Numbered from the stretch's first letter, positions 19,553 through 30,112 are shown. The stretch is 64,000 bases of DNA from Candidatus Bathyarchaeia archaeon (GCA_049513715.1 JBEKVV010000001.1:1-64000), one strand, 5' to 3'. Program-made: numbers and translations. Notes: generated from the letters alone by a model not told the origin.

Positions 19553-21028
19553 TTACGTTCTTTCCTGCGTCTCGCTTGGTAGGAGAATGTCGTGCGGCCT
19601 AGCTTCCTCTGCGCCAGATGGGCTTAGGACTGCAAGTCGGGCTTTGGTCCAGAGTTCGTGAATGTTGCCCGCGCCTGCGTATCCCATTGAGGCTCGCAAT
19701 CCTGACACAAGTTCGTCCAGGACGATGTTGACTTCGCCCTTGTACGGGACCCATCCCTCCACGCCCTCAGGAACTCCTTTGGAGGGCATACTGTACCGGT
19801 CCAACGAGTACCGCTTAGCTCGTGCCGTTTGGCTTCCCATTCCGCGGTATTGTTTGTAGTACCGACCGCCAATCGTGATCAGTGTCCCAGGAGATTCACT
19901 GCATCGGGCGAACAGGTTTCCGATCATGACGGCTGAAGCACCTACAGCCAGCGCAATTGCAATGTCTCCGGGTGTGCGAATTCCACCATCAGCAATGACG
20001 GGTATGTCCGCCCCGTACTTGGCAACCGCATCAGAAACCTGAGCGGCAGCGAACAAAGTGGGTGCACTTGCCTTAGTCACCTCAGAAGTTGTGCAGATTG
20101 ACCCGGAACCAATCCCCACCCGAAATCCGCTGACCCCGTCGAGTTCAGCGATGGCGTCCTCTGCAGCTTGGTAGGTCCCGATGTTGCCGACGATTACTTC
20201 AGCAGAAACCTCCGCCATCATTTTCTTGGTGGCTCTGAAGACGTTTGAGTTGTGAAAATGCGAAACGTCGGTGACCAGTATGTCGGCATACTCGTCGAGT
20301 TTCTTCGCCCTATCCAAATCGAAAGGTGAAACAGCTGCGGCGCAAAGTAGCTGCCCGTTCTCATCACGGGCCGCCTCCGGGTACTTTCCCCTAAGCAGTA
20401 TATCTTTGAAGGTGATTAGGCCGGCGAGCTCACCGGCTTTGTTAACGATAGGTAATTTCTCGATTTTATGATCCCGAAGCAACCTCTGGGCCTCGTCGAT
20501 ACTAGTGCCCTCCTCGGCTTTGACGACGCTCTTGGTCATCACCTGCCTAACGAGGAGGCTGGCTTGGGCGAAACGAACATCGCGGCCGGTCACGATGCCA
20601 GCAAGCTTGGTTCCTTCAACCACGGGAAGGCCTGAGATGTTGTGCTTTTCCATGAGGGCTAATGCTTGGCCCACGGTATCGTCCGGGGTCACCGTAATGA
20701 CGTCGCGGATTACAAGGGCCTCCGCCCTCTTCACTCGCTTAGCCATATCCACTTGTTCTTCCACAGAGCAGTTCCTGTGAATAACTCCAAGCCCACCGTG
20801 CCTTGCCAAAGCAATCCCCATGTCGCTCTCAGTCACGGTGTCCATTGGGGAAGAAACGAATGGGACGTTGAGCCGACGCTTCTTAGTCACACGGCTACGC
20901 ACGTCTACCTCGCTTGGTTCAATTTCCGCGCGGCCGGGGAGTATTACGACGTCACGGAACGTGAGTGCGACTTGGATGTCTTTCAATTTCTCAAGAAAGG
21001 ATTGTCTTGGGGTTTCTTGGGCCTTCAA
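19553..21028 (-). CDS. guaB: IMP dehydrogenase (with CBS pair)
   Basis: SSPMDTVTE, GIGSGSICTT, IADGGI, YRGMGS, PEGVEG. Confidence 0.97.
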   Translation of the reverse strand: MKAQETPRQSFLEKLKDIQVALTFRDVVILPGRAEIEPSEVDVRSRVTKKRRLNVPFVSSPMDTVTESDMGIALARHGGLGVIHRNCSVEEQVDMAKRVKRAEALVIRDVITVTPDDTVGQALALMEKHNISGLPVVEGTKLAGIVTGRDVRFAQASLLVRQVMTKSVVKAEEGTSIDEAQRLLRDHKIEKLPIVNKAGELAGLITFKDILLRGKYPEAARDENGQLLCAAAVSPFDLDRAKKLDEYADILVTDVSHFHNSNVFRATKKMMAEVSAEVIVGNIGTYQAAEDAIAELDGVSGFRVGIGSGSICTTSEVTKASAPTLFAAAQVSDAVAKYGADIPVIADGGIRTPGDIAIALAVGASAVMIGNLFARCSESPGTLITIGGRYYKQYRGMGSQTARAKRYSLDRYSMPSKGVPEGVEGWVPYKGEVNIVLDELVSGLRASMGYAGAGNIHELWTKARLAVLSPSGAEEARPHDILLPSETQERT

Positions 21029-21094
21029 TAATTGGACCCGCTATTGCAGAAGATAGGGCGGCTTTGAATTTAAGCTCAATTAATCTCGGCGCCG

Positions 21095-21841
21095 TCAGAT
21101 TTCAACGGACAACAGGTCGGTTCCAATGGTGACGGTTTTTCCATATTCTCCAGATGTCTCTGCTTGAAACTCGTTTTCTCGATGTTCGTTTGGGGGCGGT
21201 ATGTGAAACAGAACGAGGCCTTTGGCCCTGGAATCTTTCCCTGCGCGTCCCGCCATCCTCGCAGTTGAATGCGTAGTCAGCTCTGCGATGGCCAGCTGGT
21301 CTTCGAGAAAGGTCGCCTCATGCAGAAGCAAGTCCACATCTCGGGCTAACTCCACGACTGCTGGGCAGTAGCCCGTGTCGGCCGTGTAGCAGAACGACTT
21401 ACCGTTCGAATTGACCCTGAAGGCCAGGGTTGGTATCGCGTGGGCCGATCGGCATGTGGAAACCTTGCCAACCTTCTGCCCAAATTCGAGCTCTGTGACG
21501 GATAGGGGGAATTCGAAGAAATCTTTCGGGGTGTTCGTGCATTCAAAGAGTTTCTGCAGTGTGGTTCTGAAGTTTGGCGGGCCGTAGATGTGCAGCGGAG
21601 TCTGTCGCCCATCTATCTGTATGGCCCAAAGGAATGGAACTAGGTCTGAGATATGGTCGGCGTGAGCGTGAGAGATGAAAACCGAAGTCAAATGGTCAAG
21701 TGTGATTTGCGAAACCCTGAGGTTCTTCAGGCTTCCTGGGCCAAGGTCGAAAACAATCGAATCGTCCACTACGAAGCAGGGGCAGGCGCGTTTTGCGCTT
21801 ACCGCTGAGCCTCCCGAGCCAAGAATTGTCAGCTTCATCAT
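21095..21841 (-). CDS. MBL-fold hydrolase, RNase Z/ElaC-AtsA-like
   Basis: LGSGG, DLGPG, SHAHADH, YTADTG, HEATF, HST. Confidence 0.85.
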   Translation of the reverse strand: MMKLTILGSGGSAVSAKRACPCFVVDDSIVFDLGPGSLKNLRVSQITLDHLTSVFISHAHADHISDLVPFLWAIQIDGRQTPLHIYGPPNFRTTLQKLFECTNTPKDFFEFPLSVTELEFGQKVGKVSTCRSAHAIPTLAFRVNSNGKSFCYTADTGYCPAVVELARDVDLLLHEATFLEDQLAIAELTTHSTARMAGRAGKDSRAKGLVLFHIPPPNEHRENEFQAETSGEYGKTVTIGTDLLSVEI

Positions 21842-21995
21842 TCAATCTACTTTCGAGTCTTCTTCGCTCGCTTCTTTGCTCGGCGCCTCGTTGGAGGCGG
21901 ATAGATTGGGCTGGACACCTCGTCGCTCATGTTGCCATATCTCCCAGTTGGCCTGTATGATCTCCGAGTATTGAAGTAGTTTATTGGAAGCGAAC

Positions 21996-22949
21996 TCAAC
22001 GCAGTTGCGGGATGACTTCATCGCGGAAGGTTTCAAGTGGATGTATTGAGGTGTCGCCTGAGAAGATTAGGAAGATTTGGTTGATTCCGATCTCTTTGAA
22101 TCGCCTAAGTTGCTCTACACAGTCGTCGGCCTCACCTATGACGAAGCCATGCTCGACGACGCTCTTGCGAAACTCCGCTGCTGATTGATTCCGTTCCTTT
22201 GCTTGTTCCCCAACCAGCTTGTCGACCTCTGATGTGTTTCGTCCAATGATTATGAAGCATTGCCAGGAGCGAATCAAATCCTCCATATTCCTTCCGTAAC
22301 GTTCAGATTGCTCTCGAATCGCCCTCATTATTGCTTCGCATTCCTGTAATGAACTGGTCGGAGTGTTGAAGCCGTCTGCATACTCGACCGCCAAGCGTGG
22401 CATCGCCCGTTTTCCCCGCGTTATGCCAACAAGCATTTTTGGTGAGGGCTTCTGTTTCGGTTTTGGCATGCTGATCGCATCGGTCAGTGAGTAGTGTTGG
22501 CCTTTGAATGTGGTCTTCTCTTCGGTCCAGAGTTTTCGGATCACAATTAGCGCTTCCTTCAGTTGCTGGACTCGAATTCGCTGGTCTGGGAATTCGTAGC
22601 CGTAGGCGGTGTACTCCTTCTCGTACCAGCCCGCGCCTAAGCCAAGGATTAGCCTCCCGTTGCTGACGATGTCGACCGTGGTCGCCATCTTTGCTAGTAG
22701 CGATGGATGCCTGTAAGAGACTGCGGTGACCAATGTTCCGCTGCTGAGTTTTTTGGTTGCGGCCGCTAGTGCAGCCAGCGTTGTCCACGCTTCGAGGCAT
22801 GGATCCCCCTCATCTCCTAGGGCATGGAAATGGTCGCATAACCAAGCTGAGTCGTAGCCAAGCTCCTCCGCTGCTGTCCAGACTTGCTTCAACTCGTCGT
22901 ATGTGTATCCGCCTTGTCCCGTTTTGACCCCGAACTTGACATTGTTCAT
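21996..22949 (-). CDS. LLM-class (probably F420-dependent) oxidoreductase
   Basis: AEELGYDSAWLCDHF, EAWTTLAALA, S.GRLILGLGAGW. Confidence 0.93.
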   Translation of the reverse strand: MNNVKFGVKTGQGGYTYDELKQVWTAAEELGYDSAWLCDHFHALGDEGDPCLEAWTTLAALAAATKKLSSGTLVTAVSYRHPSLLAKMATTVDIVSNGRLILGLGAGWYEKEYTAYGYEFPDQRIRVQQLKEALIVIRKLWTEEKTTFKGQHYSLTDAISMPKPKQKPSPKMLVGITRGKRAMPRLAVEYADGFNTPTSSLQECEAIMRAIREQSERYGRNMEDLIRSWQCFIIIGRNTSEVDKLVGEQAKERNQSAAEFRKSVVEHGFVIGEADDCVEQLRRFKEIGINQIFLIFSGDTSIHPLETFRDEVIPQLR

Positions 22950-23048
22950 GGACAGCCGACATGGGCTTTCGCGAATATAGGCTGAAAATTGACCTGGGGA
23001 ACTTAAAATCTAATATGCGTCGAGCCGCGTCATTCAGATTGATTGGAT

Positions 23049-23228
23049 ATGAGGTTCCATTTCTGGCCGCTATTGATAGGAGTACTCATCCTGATTTGGG
23101 GAGTAGCGACTCTTGCCGGGCAGGTTTTCGGTGTCAAATTCGACATATCGTGGTGGGCAGTAATCGCGGTGATCATCGGTCTCTACATCTTGTCGCATGC
23201 CATGCGTAGAGGCAGTGAACCAGCATAG
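23049..23228 (+). CDS. Small two-TM membrane protein
   Basis: Two hydrophobic segments, WW..I.V.IGL.IL pattern; TATA-like CTTAAAA upstream. Confidence 0.65.
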   Translation: MRFHFWPLLIGVLILIWGVATLAGQVFGVKFDISWWAVIAVIIGLYILSHAMRRGSEPA

Positions 23229-23305
23229 CCTTGTCCGCGCGGAGCGAATCTGACTACCCAATCAGCAGATTTTCAGCATCTAGTGATTCTCGCACACGAG
23301 GAGAA

Positions 23306-24265
23306 TCATGAAGGTCTGGGTAGTGAGCCCTCTGTTCGCTTTAGTACTCTCAATGCCGTGAGAGTAATCATTTTGCTTGGTTCGCCAGGCCGCTCTAATG
23401 AAAAAGGTGTTGGAGGGCGTTTCTTGTACCAATTGGCGTATGCGCCCTCAAGGTCGGGATGCACCGCATCCAAGTTCCATCTACCGTCTGGTCTTCTCTT
23501 TTCTTTCAGCAACTTGGTTGCATAACCTAGCCTACTGTCATCGCCATATCCCAGTGCTGTTAGAAAGTCTAGGCCGACGAGTAGGTCATAGTAGTAGTGA
23601 GTTGGATAGTGGAAGCGGAACCAGGGACCATACCGCGTCCCCTGCCTGTATAGTTCTCTTTCCAAGAAGAACTCAGCTCCCCTCTCGATTGCTCTCCTGA
23701 TGCTTCTCGTCCACTCTTGCTTAGGGTACACGGCGAATGCGCTCATTCCCTCCCAGGCATCGAGAACTCCATTCTTCCCCCAACAATGCCATCCGCCATT
23801 CTCCTTCTGCTCCCTAACTAACCAGCCAAACGCTCTCTTCACCTTAGGATGATCAGCATAGCCGAACCGAATTAACGCTCGTGCGGTATTACCTACCAAA
23901 CACAGTTCGCTCTTCCTCATGTCGTCAGTGCCAAACCCGCCGTCCGACTTTGCGAACCGCTCAATCCAAAGCTCACACGCTCTTTTGATGCGTGGCTCTG
24001 ATCGGCTCACACTCAAATCAGCGAGAACGAGGAGCATCCAATTAGACGCCATGTATTTCGGCCGGTAGAGACTCTCGTTAGTGACCCACCAGCCATCCTC
24101 AGACTGTTTGCACAGAATATCAGCGGCCCAACCCATGTTCGCTATCATATCATGGGCCGATTTGACGTCTGCGTCGTTCTCAGGCTTGTCAAGAAGCCGC
24201 GTCAAAGTAAGATACCGGATGGAAGGCTGGTCTTCCTCAAGCAACCACTCCACAACATCATTCAT
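23306..24265 (-). CDS. Prenyltransferase/squalene-cyclase (QW) repeat protein
   Basis: WLLEEDQPSIRY, QSEDGWW, QKENGGW, FHYPTHYYYDLL, RRPDGRW. Confidence 0.85.
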   Translation of the reverse strand: MNDVVEWLLEEDQPSIRYLTLTRLLDKPENDADVKSAHDMIANMGWAADILCKQSEDGWWVTNESLYRPKYMASNWMLLVLADLSVSRSEPRIKRACELWIERFAKSDGGFGTDDMRKSELCLVGNTARALIRFGYADHPKVKRAFGWLVREQKENGGWHCWGKNGVLDAWEGMSAFAVYPKQEWTRSIRRAIERGAEFFLERELYRQGTRYGPWFRFHYPTHYYYDLLVGLDFLTALGYGDDSRLGYATKLLKEKRRPDGRWNLDAVHPDLEGAYANWYKKRPPTPFSLERPGEPSKMITLTALRVLKRTEGSLPRPS

Positions 24266-24421
24266 AGATTCTCGTCTCTAGGTTAGTAAGATAGTGAATG
24301 GTTGGAGGAATCGATACTCACCAGTTCTTCGTCTGCAAGTTTAGTGGCGCTGGCACACTAAAATGAACCGAAAATTCAATTTCAGCAAAAATGGGAGGGG
24401 GTACTAACGCTGTCTGAAGGT

Positions 24422-24763
24422 CTAGTGTTTGGGCGGTTGGTACCCAGCCGTCGAAGCCTTCTTCATGGCTTCAAGGGACTCCTCGGCAGTTAGAAGCGGG
24501 GTAGTGTTCACTTTCTTAACGGCTCCTCCGGCCGAGAAAGCCATTGACAGGGCCATCGCGTTCACGTTGCTAGGCATCTCCACAATCAATACAGCGTCGT
24601 ATTTCCCGAACGAATACCAGCCCGAATTCAGTTTTCCTCCCAGCTTTTCAATAGCCGGTCGGACTAGTTCTATTCTGTTCTGAGGTTTTTCTACGATGGC
24701 GGCGCTTCCTGCAGATGAGTAGGCCACTTGTACTAGGTAATGTTGCATTTTCGGATTCTCCAA
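24422..24763 (-). CDS. GYD-domain protein
   Basis: GGKL...YSFGKYDAVLIVEMP, TTPLLT. Confidence 0.9.
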   Translation of the reverse strand: MENPKMQHYLVQVAYSSAGSAAIVEKPQNRIELVRPAIEKLGGKLNSGWYSFGKYDAVLIVEMPSNVNAMALSMAFSAGGAVKKVNTTPLLTAEESLEAMKKASTAGYQPPKH

Positions 24764-25310
24764 CCAGCATTAAATGACGTTTTGGTTATAACAATTTCCT
24801 GTTTGCATTGGCACGAGTCACTGGAGTTCCGTCCTCCTGCAACCAGTCAAGAACGTCGATCACAGGAAATCGTGTCCCCCTTGAGCATATTGATGGTCAG
24901 GAGGAAGCGGCGGCATCATCGAACACATCGTCTTCACAACTACTCCCATATTCTTCACTTTGGCAACGCTCCCAGAGATAACTGTGCAAGGATTGATGTT
25001 CGGATATCTACTGTTGCTATGGGAGCGGCGGTCTCATCGCACATGAATTGCCGATTTGAACCAGTCAGGTTTTCGCGTGTGTGTGCGCAGCCTACCCAGT
25101 CTACGGTTGCGTTCATCATGCGTACCACGCATTCTGGTATCATCGCGATAATTCTGTCGGCTGTAACATCTCTCCTATTTCCAATGATCGTTGCTGTTTG
25201 TGGTGTGGTTTCTGACAGGGAGCTTGTTTTGTGCTGGAATTGCGTTTGTAGCCGCAGCAGTATTACAATTAATAGTGAGCTGAGGCTGAGAAGGTGGTCA
25301 GGATCTGTTT

Positions 25311-25610
25311 GTGTTGAAGATCTCTATGGCAACTGTATTCGGTCTCCTGTTTGGTGTTGCAATCGGGCTAATCGGCATGGGTGGGGCCAATGTTTCGTTC
25401 AGTCCGCAGGTTGTAGGAATGCTTGGTCGATATGCTTGGTGGATTGTTTTTCTGAGTATGCTGGTTCCGTTGGCGGATTACTTGAGCGGTGTGCGCACGA
25501 CGTTGACTGGTGTTCTCACTGGCCACCCGTTTCGTCATGTGGCAGGATTCTTCACTGGCCTCGCCGTAGGTTTAGCATTCCTTCTCCTTCTTGCGTCGAG
25601 ACTATTCTGA
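25311..25610 (+). CDS. Membrane protein (possibly a truncated DUF2085-like remnant)
   Basis: Three hydrophobic segments; RHVAGFFTG; upstream hydrophobic frames broken by stops. Confidence 0.4.
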   Translation: MLKISMATVFGLLFGVAIGLIGMGGANVSFSPQVVGMLGRYAWWIVFLSMLVPLADYLSGVRTTLTGVLTGHPFRHVAGFFTGLAVGLAFLLLLASRLF

Positions 25611-25714
25611 AGACAATTCCTATCCGCGATGAGGGATACTGGCTTCTTGTGAGCTAAACGTGCTTTGAGATGAGGCCTAGGAGTCCGCCCGCGTTAGGAT
25701 GTGTGTGGATCTAG

Positions 25715-25745
25715 TGGTGCGAGCAGCCAGATTTGAACCGGCGTG
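25715..25745 (-). other. Orphan tRNA 3' fragment (T-arm, acceptor 3' strand, ACCA)
   Basis: Minus strand CAC-GCCGG-TTCAAAT-CTGGC-TGCTCGC-A-CCA; no canonical 5' half adjacent. Confidence 0.65.
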
Positions 25746-25850
25746 AGTCATCGAGGCAATCACTAAACGGCGAGCCAGAACCTAACCGCCAAACACATAT
25801 AGCGCACTCTGAAGGTTGAATCTCATTAATCCGAAGAAGATGTGGTATGT

Positions 25851-26288
25851 TTGAGTAAAGGCGCATGTGGATTACTGGCTGCGAGAAAGACCACTAAAGA
25901 TCGTAACCGTTTCAGGTGGCATTACCGGCCCTACAAACGCCGAATGCTTGGGCTCGACTATAAAGCAGACCCGCTAGCGGGAGCACCACAGGGCCGAGGG
26001 ATCGTTCTTGAGAAGGTGGGTGTTGAATCAAGGCAGCCAAACAGTGCAGTGCGCAAAGCGGTTCGGGTTCAACTGATCAGGAATGGGAAGGTTATTACTG
26101 CTTTCGTTCCGGGGGATGGAGCACTCAACTTCATTGACGAACACGACGAGGTTTTGATCGAGGGTATTGGTGGCGCCGAAGGCAAAGCCATGGGCGACAT
26201 CCCCGGAATCCGGTACAAAGTCTATGCCATCAACTCCGTCTCGCTCGACGCTTTGATGAAGGGCAAGAAAGAGAAACCCAGACGCTAA
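25851..26288 (+). CDS. rps12: 30S ribosomal protein uS12 (archaeal S12/S23)
   Basis: [41 protein letters not shown]. Confidence 0.98.
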   Translation: MSKGACGLLAARKTTKDRNRFRWHYRPYKRRMLGLDYKADPLAGAPQGRGIVLEKVGVESRQPNSAVRKAVRVQLIRNGKVITAFVPGDGALNFIDEHDEVLIEGIGGAEGKAMGDIPGIRYKVYAINSVSLDALMKGKKEKPRR

Positions 26289-26336
26289 ACCATTACCTTA
26301 CGTTCGTTCACTTATGCCCGTTTAGTTCCAAGGCTT

Positions 26337-27392
26337 TTACTGGTTCAGCCGCGCCGCAATGGTCCCCGATAATCGGAGCATTATGAGCGCTCCGAGGGCC
26401 AGAGAACTCAATACAAGTGCCGCAGAACTCATGATCATCAACAGCCCAATTTGCAGGACTTCAGCCGCGACTAACCCCGCAATGGACAATGCGGTACCAA
26501 GAATCACGTGCCCACCTCGAAGTCGAGTCGCCCTTTTCTTGGACGCAGTGAGCCTCGAGAACAGGATTGCTAATGGGCCTGCGTATACGAAACCGATGGC
26601 TATGCCCGCAAAGATTCCAGTGATGGCGACCGCGAGTTCCGTGTTGAATGATAGTGCGGCGAAGAGCCGGTCCGCGACGTACAGGATGCTGATGAGTGGA
26701 TAAAGTACGGCTTTCATCAGAGTTCTGAGGGGAGCGTAAGATGTGATGTAGGATGCGACTTGTGGACTGAAGCTGTAGTAGAGTGCGTTGAAGGCTGTCA
26801 TGAAGTTGCTTCCTGCGTAGGTTTTGAGAATCTCGGTGTCCCGGAAGTTGCGTAGTAGAGTGACTTCGGGGCTGAGTTCTGAGCCGTAGGTGGCTGTGGC
26901 GATGAAGCATTTGCTTGGTTGTTGCTGGGTTGATGACGAACTTGTCTGGGATGATGTTGAGGATGATGAGGTTGTGGTTGAGGCTGGTTGTCCTGCCACT
27001 GTGAATTTGGTTTGTGCCTGTCCATTATTGTAACCGGCTTTGTTGGCGGTAACGTAGATCGTGTATTGACCAGAGGCCGAAGTTGGTGCTAGCGTAAACG
27101 ATAATGAATAGGCTCCAGATGGATCAGAAGACACTGATTGTGCGTATATCGGACCCTTAGTGTCGTCAACCTCGATGGAAACAGTGGCTCCACTAACAGG
27201 ATTGCTCTGATCGTCCTGAACCTTGCCCGAAACGCTCACTACATCCCCTGGTGAGTACTGCTGCTTGTTGGTGGCGGCTGTGACGGATAGGTTACCGATC
27301 GAGTAGGCGGTTGGAATGAAGAGGAGTAGGGCTAGTAGAGCAATGAGTGTGAGTTTTTGTGGGAAAATCAGCCAGCTCACCAGCTGGCGCAA
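26337..27392 (-). CDS. Surface protein with MG2/carboxypeptidase-regulatory-like domain and CFI-box-CTERM domain
   Basis: KCFIATATYGSELSPEVTLLRNFRD...YYSFSP, followed by several TM helices. Confidence 0.88.
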   Translation of the reverse strand: MRQLVSWLIFPQKLTLIALLALLLFIPTAYSIGNLSVTAATNKQQYSPGDVVSVSGKVQDDQSNPVSGATVSIEVDDTKGPIYAQSVSSDPSGAYSLSFTLAPTSASGQYTIYVTANKAGYNNGQAQTKFTVAGQPASTTTSSSSTSSQTSSSSTQQQPSKCFIATATYGSELSPEVTLLRNFRDTEILKTYAGSNFMTAFNALYYSFSPQVASYITSYAPLRTLMKAVLYPLISILYVADRLFAALSFNTELAVAITGIFAGIAIGFVYAGPLAILFSRLTASKKRATRLRGGHVILGTALSIAGLVAAEVLQIGLLMIMSSAALVLSSLALGALIMLRLSGTIAARLNQ

Positions 27393-27447
27393 GAAGCAGT
27401 CTGGTTACAAATTAACTTGTCCGTGGTTATGAATTCGGTTGGTGGAA

Positions 27448-28488
27448 CTATTCTAGCAGTTCGAGGATTGTGTCGTCTGCGATTTCCCCGTTCGTCCCGT
27501 TCAATACAACTTCACGGGGAACGAGGCCTTTCTGTACGGAGATTCGTATGAATGGTACGTAGATGCGTTTCAGCTCTAGGATCTGCAATCGATTGCTGAG
27601 TATCTGCTTGAACCGTTCCGGCATGTGGATCACCTGCTCCCGAAACTTGTCCAGCAGCGTTTGTTTCGTGAAGGTTGCTTCTCTGATCCGAGTTCTCGCG
27701 CCGCGAACTTTGAGGTCTGAATCGTCAAATACTCGCTTGTTGCGCCACGAGGTGAGCCTCAACTCCTCATCTTGGGACAGGGTTTTTCCGGTACCTGTCA
27801 TGATGAGTTCTGCCTCAGATTTCTTGGTTGCCAGCTCCAGTGCATCACTGACAAGGAAGTACTTTGATTCGTTTGAGAGGAACGACCCAAGTTTCTGGAA
27901 GCGGTCAAAAATCGCTGAGGGAATGAAGCTGCGATGTTTTCTTTCAAGTATTAGATCCCTACTCGTTCCTTCCACGTCAACGGCGACGACGTCGTTCTTG
28001 ACGCTGACCTTGTACGAGTTTGTTCTGAGGTAGTAACATTCGTGGAAGCCTTTGACTTTCCAGAGCGGGACGAATTCTACGGTCGGTGGTTCTACGATCT
28101 TTGATTCCTCACGTTGCCTTTTCAGTTTGTTTGAGATGCGGTTTCTTAGTGACCTGTCTGATGAGAGTGCTATCTCTGTGGCCCGTTTCATTGATATTGG
28201 TTCTATTTTGAATACAAGTTCGGTGACCTGATCGGGGTTCCAGCCATTACCTGTCTGTAGGCCCTTAACTTGTCGCCTTTCGGGTGTGATCTCACCAATC
28301 TGCTCCAACCTGCTGGCCAAATACGCTTCCAGCGCGAGTGAATTCGTGTCTTCGTCTGGGGGAGGCGAGTCCTTCGTATCCTCCACTCTGCTCGAGTTCG
28401 ATGCTTGAAATGTGTCTTCTAGTTCTTCGCGTATGTTGTTGAGGTTTGAGATGATGTGGTCTAGGCTATCGTCTTTGATGCCAGACAT
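27448..28488 (-). CDS. Conserved-looking hypothetical cytoplasmic protein
   Basis: 346 aa; FVPLW ... YVPF ... NGTNGEI pattern. Confidence 0.7.
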   Translation of the reverse strand: MSGIKDDSLDHIISNLNNIREELEDTFQASNSSRVEDTKDSPPPDEDTNSLALEAYLASRLEQIGEITPERRQVKGLQTGNGWNPDQVTELVFKIEPISMKRATEIALSSDRSLRNRISNKLKRQREESKIVEPPTVEFVPLWKVKGFHECYYLRTNSYKVSVKNDVVAVDVEGTSRDLILERKHRSFIPSAIFDRFQKLGSFLSNESKYFLVSDALELATKKSEAELIMTGTGKTLSQDEELRLTSWRNKRVFDDSDLKVRGARTRIREATFTKQTLLDKFREQVIHMPERFKQILSNRLQILELKRIYVPFIRISVQKGLVPREVVLNGTNGEIADDTILELLE

Positions 28489-28501
28489 GGTTTCATCATC
28501 T

Positions 28502-30112
28502 TCAGTCTGTCACGGCGAAATCTGTGTTGGCGCTTGTGAGGAATGTTCCGCCTTGGGAGATCAGTTTGTCCGACACGAGCGCGTTGACCGTGTACAGTCC
28601 TCGGGTTGGCTGTGATAGGAAGGTGAAGCCGAAGCCGTCTTTGATGGTTTCGCCTGTGTTCATGGTGGAGATGCGGATTTGGATGGAGACTGGTATGCCG
28701 TTGGGGTCACGGATTTGAACCCAGAGAACTCCTTGGAATGTAGCCCCAATGTTCTGCACCACGACCCAAACGTAGACTACGGATCCCGGTGCGAAGGTTG
28801 TGGTTGGGTTGCCTGCGCTGTCGCCAACGTAGACCATTTGAATGTTAACGCTGGGGGTTGTGGATTGGCCCACCACGAAAGTTGTGTGCGTCGTAGCGCT
28901 TACGTAACCAGCTTTGCTGGTTGACGCGAAGGCAGTGTAAGTTCCTACTGCGCTGTTTGCGGGCAGTTGGAAGCTGTCCTGAAATGTTCCGGCGGCGTCG
29001 GTGGTTATGGTTTTGCTGCCAGATGAGCTGACCTCAACGCCAAATGGGCCATCAACTTGCGCAACTACATTCGCATTCGGAACTGCGCCACCTGAACTGT
29101 CTGTAACGTAGCCCTGTAGGGTCACGGTTGAGTTGGGCTGGTAGAGGGGTTGGCTCGTGGTTAGGGTTATTGAAAGCCCCAAGCTTGCAGAAGCTGTAGC
29201 CGAGACGGAGCTTGCTGTGCTCGTTGAGACTGAAGAAGAACCTGTTACCACCAAGGCGACTTGTGAATCGTACTCCTGCCCATCGACAATCGCCACGACC
29301 GTGAGGCCATATGTTCCAGTTGGAGTGCCATCCGAGGTGAGCACAGTCATGGTAGAGTGAAACTCGGGCCCGGCCGTTCCCGTGTTACGAGAAAAAATCA
29401 CGATACTGCGTGGCGGAAGGTCCTTCACGACTAGAAGAACTTGGCCGTTCGTGTTGTCCACGATATGAATTTCGAATTTCGCGTAAGCGCCTGCGCTTAT
29501 GGAGGAGAGGTTGGGGTCGACTTGGAAGCTCACTTGCTCACTGTTGCTAGTTACGACGGTTTGGGAGGAAGCTGTTTGGGTCGTGGATTGGGTCTCAGTT
29601 TCGGATCGTGTCTCAGTTGATGATTGAGTTTGGGTCGTGGACGTGGTGGAGACGGTTGCAGATACTGAGGTTGACGCTGAGGCCGAGGCTGTTACTCCAA
29701 CGCTGAATGTTACGGAGGCTGAGGTGAATTGAAGCGAACCTGTTCTCAGGAGCTCGAAGATTCCCACGTAGGCTCCGGATTTCAAGGAGAGTTGGAGCTG
29801 GCCCTCGCCATTGTTGTCTGTGGTTAGAACGCCGAGTTGGATGTTGCCTGAGCTTGATGCGAATATGGCTTGGTAGGTGGAGCTGGGCGTGGCATGGTGG
29901 AGTTGGATGTTAACTTGGCCGTTATCATTGACCTCCACTGTTCCTGATGCGGTTAGTGGCTCGGTGCTGCTGAGGGCTCGGGTAAGTTGGATTGATGTGC
30001 TATCGGCTGATACCTGGCTGGGCATGATGCCGACGGCTTGTGCGGCTGAGAGTGCCGCGATGAGTGATAACATTAGGGCGATTGCGGTTCGGCTGCGTGA
30101 GTGTACATACAT
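28502..30112 (-). CDS. Secreted Ser/Thr-rich multi-Ig-domain surface protein
   Basis: Signal peptide, S/T linkers, NEW3-like and MG2-like beta domains. Confidence 0.8.
   Translation of the reverse strand: MYVHSRSRTAIALMLSLIAALSAAQAVGIMPSQVSADSTSIQLTRALSSTEPLTASGTVEVNDNGQVNIQLHHATPSSTYQAIFASSSGNIQLGVLTTDNNGEGQLQLSLKSGAYVGIFELLRTGSLQFTSASVTFSVGVTASASASTSVSATVSTTSTTQTQSSTETRSETETQSTTQTASSQTVVTSNSEQVSFQVDPNLSSISAGAYAKFEIHIVDNTNGQVLLVVKDLPPRSIVIFSRNTGTAGPEFHSTMTVLTSDGTPTGTYGLTVVAIVDGQEYDSQVALVVTGSSSVSTSTASSVSATASASLGLSITLTTSQPLYQPNSTVTLQGYVTDSSGGAVPNANVVAQVDGPFGVEVSSSGSKTITTDAAGTFQDSFQLPANSAVGTYTAFASTSKAGYVSATTHTTFVVGQSTTPSVNIQMVYVGDSAGNPTTTFAPGSVVYVWVVVQNIGATFQGVLWVQIRDPNGIPVSIQIRISTMNTGETIKDGFGFTFLSQPTRGLYTVNALVSDKLISQGGTFLTSANTDFAVTD

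Noticed and set aside
24740..25657. 305-aa plus-strand ORF
   Set aside because: Overlaps two better ORFs and has non-protein-like composition; probably spans a decayed membrane-protein gene
25630..25695. GCGGGCG downstream of the tRNA 3' fragment as the 5' half of a permuted tRNA
   Set aside because: Not followed by U8 or a D-arm consensus; no BHB at the ends
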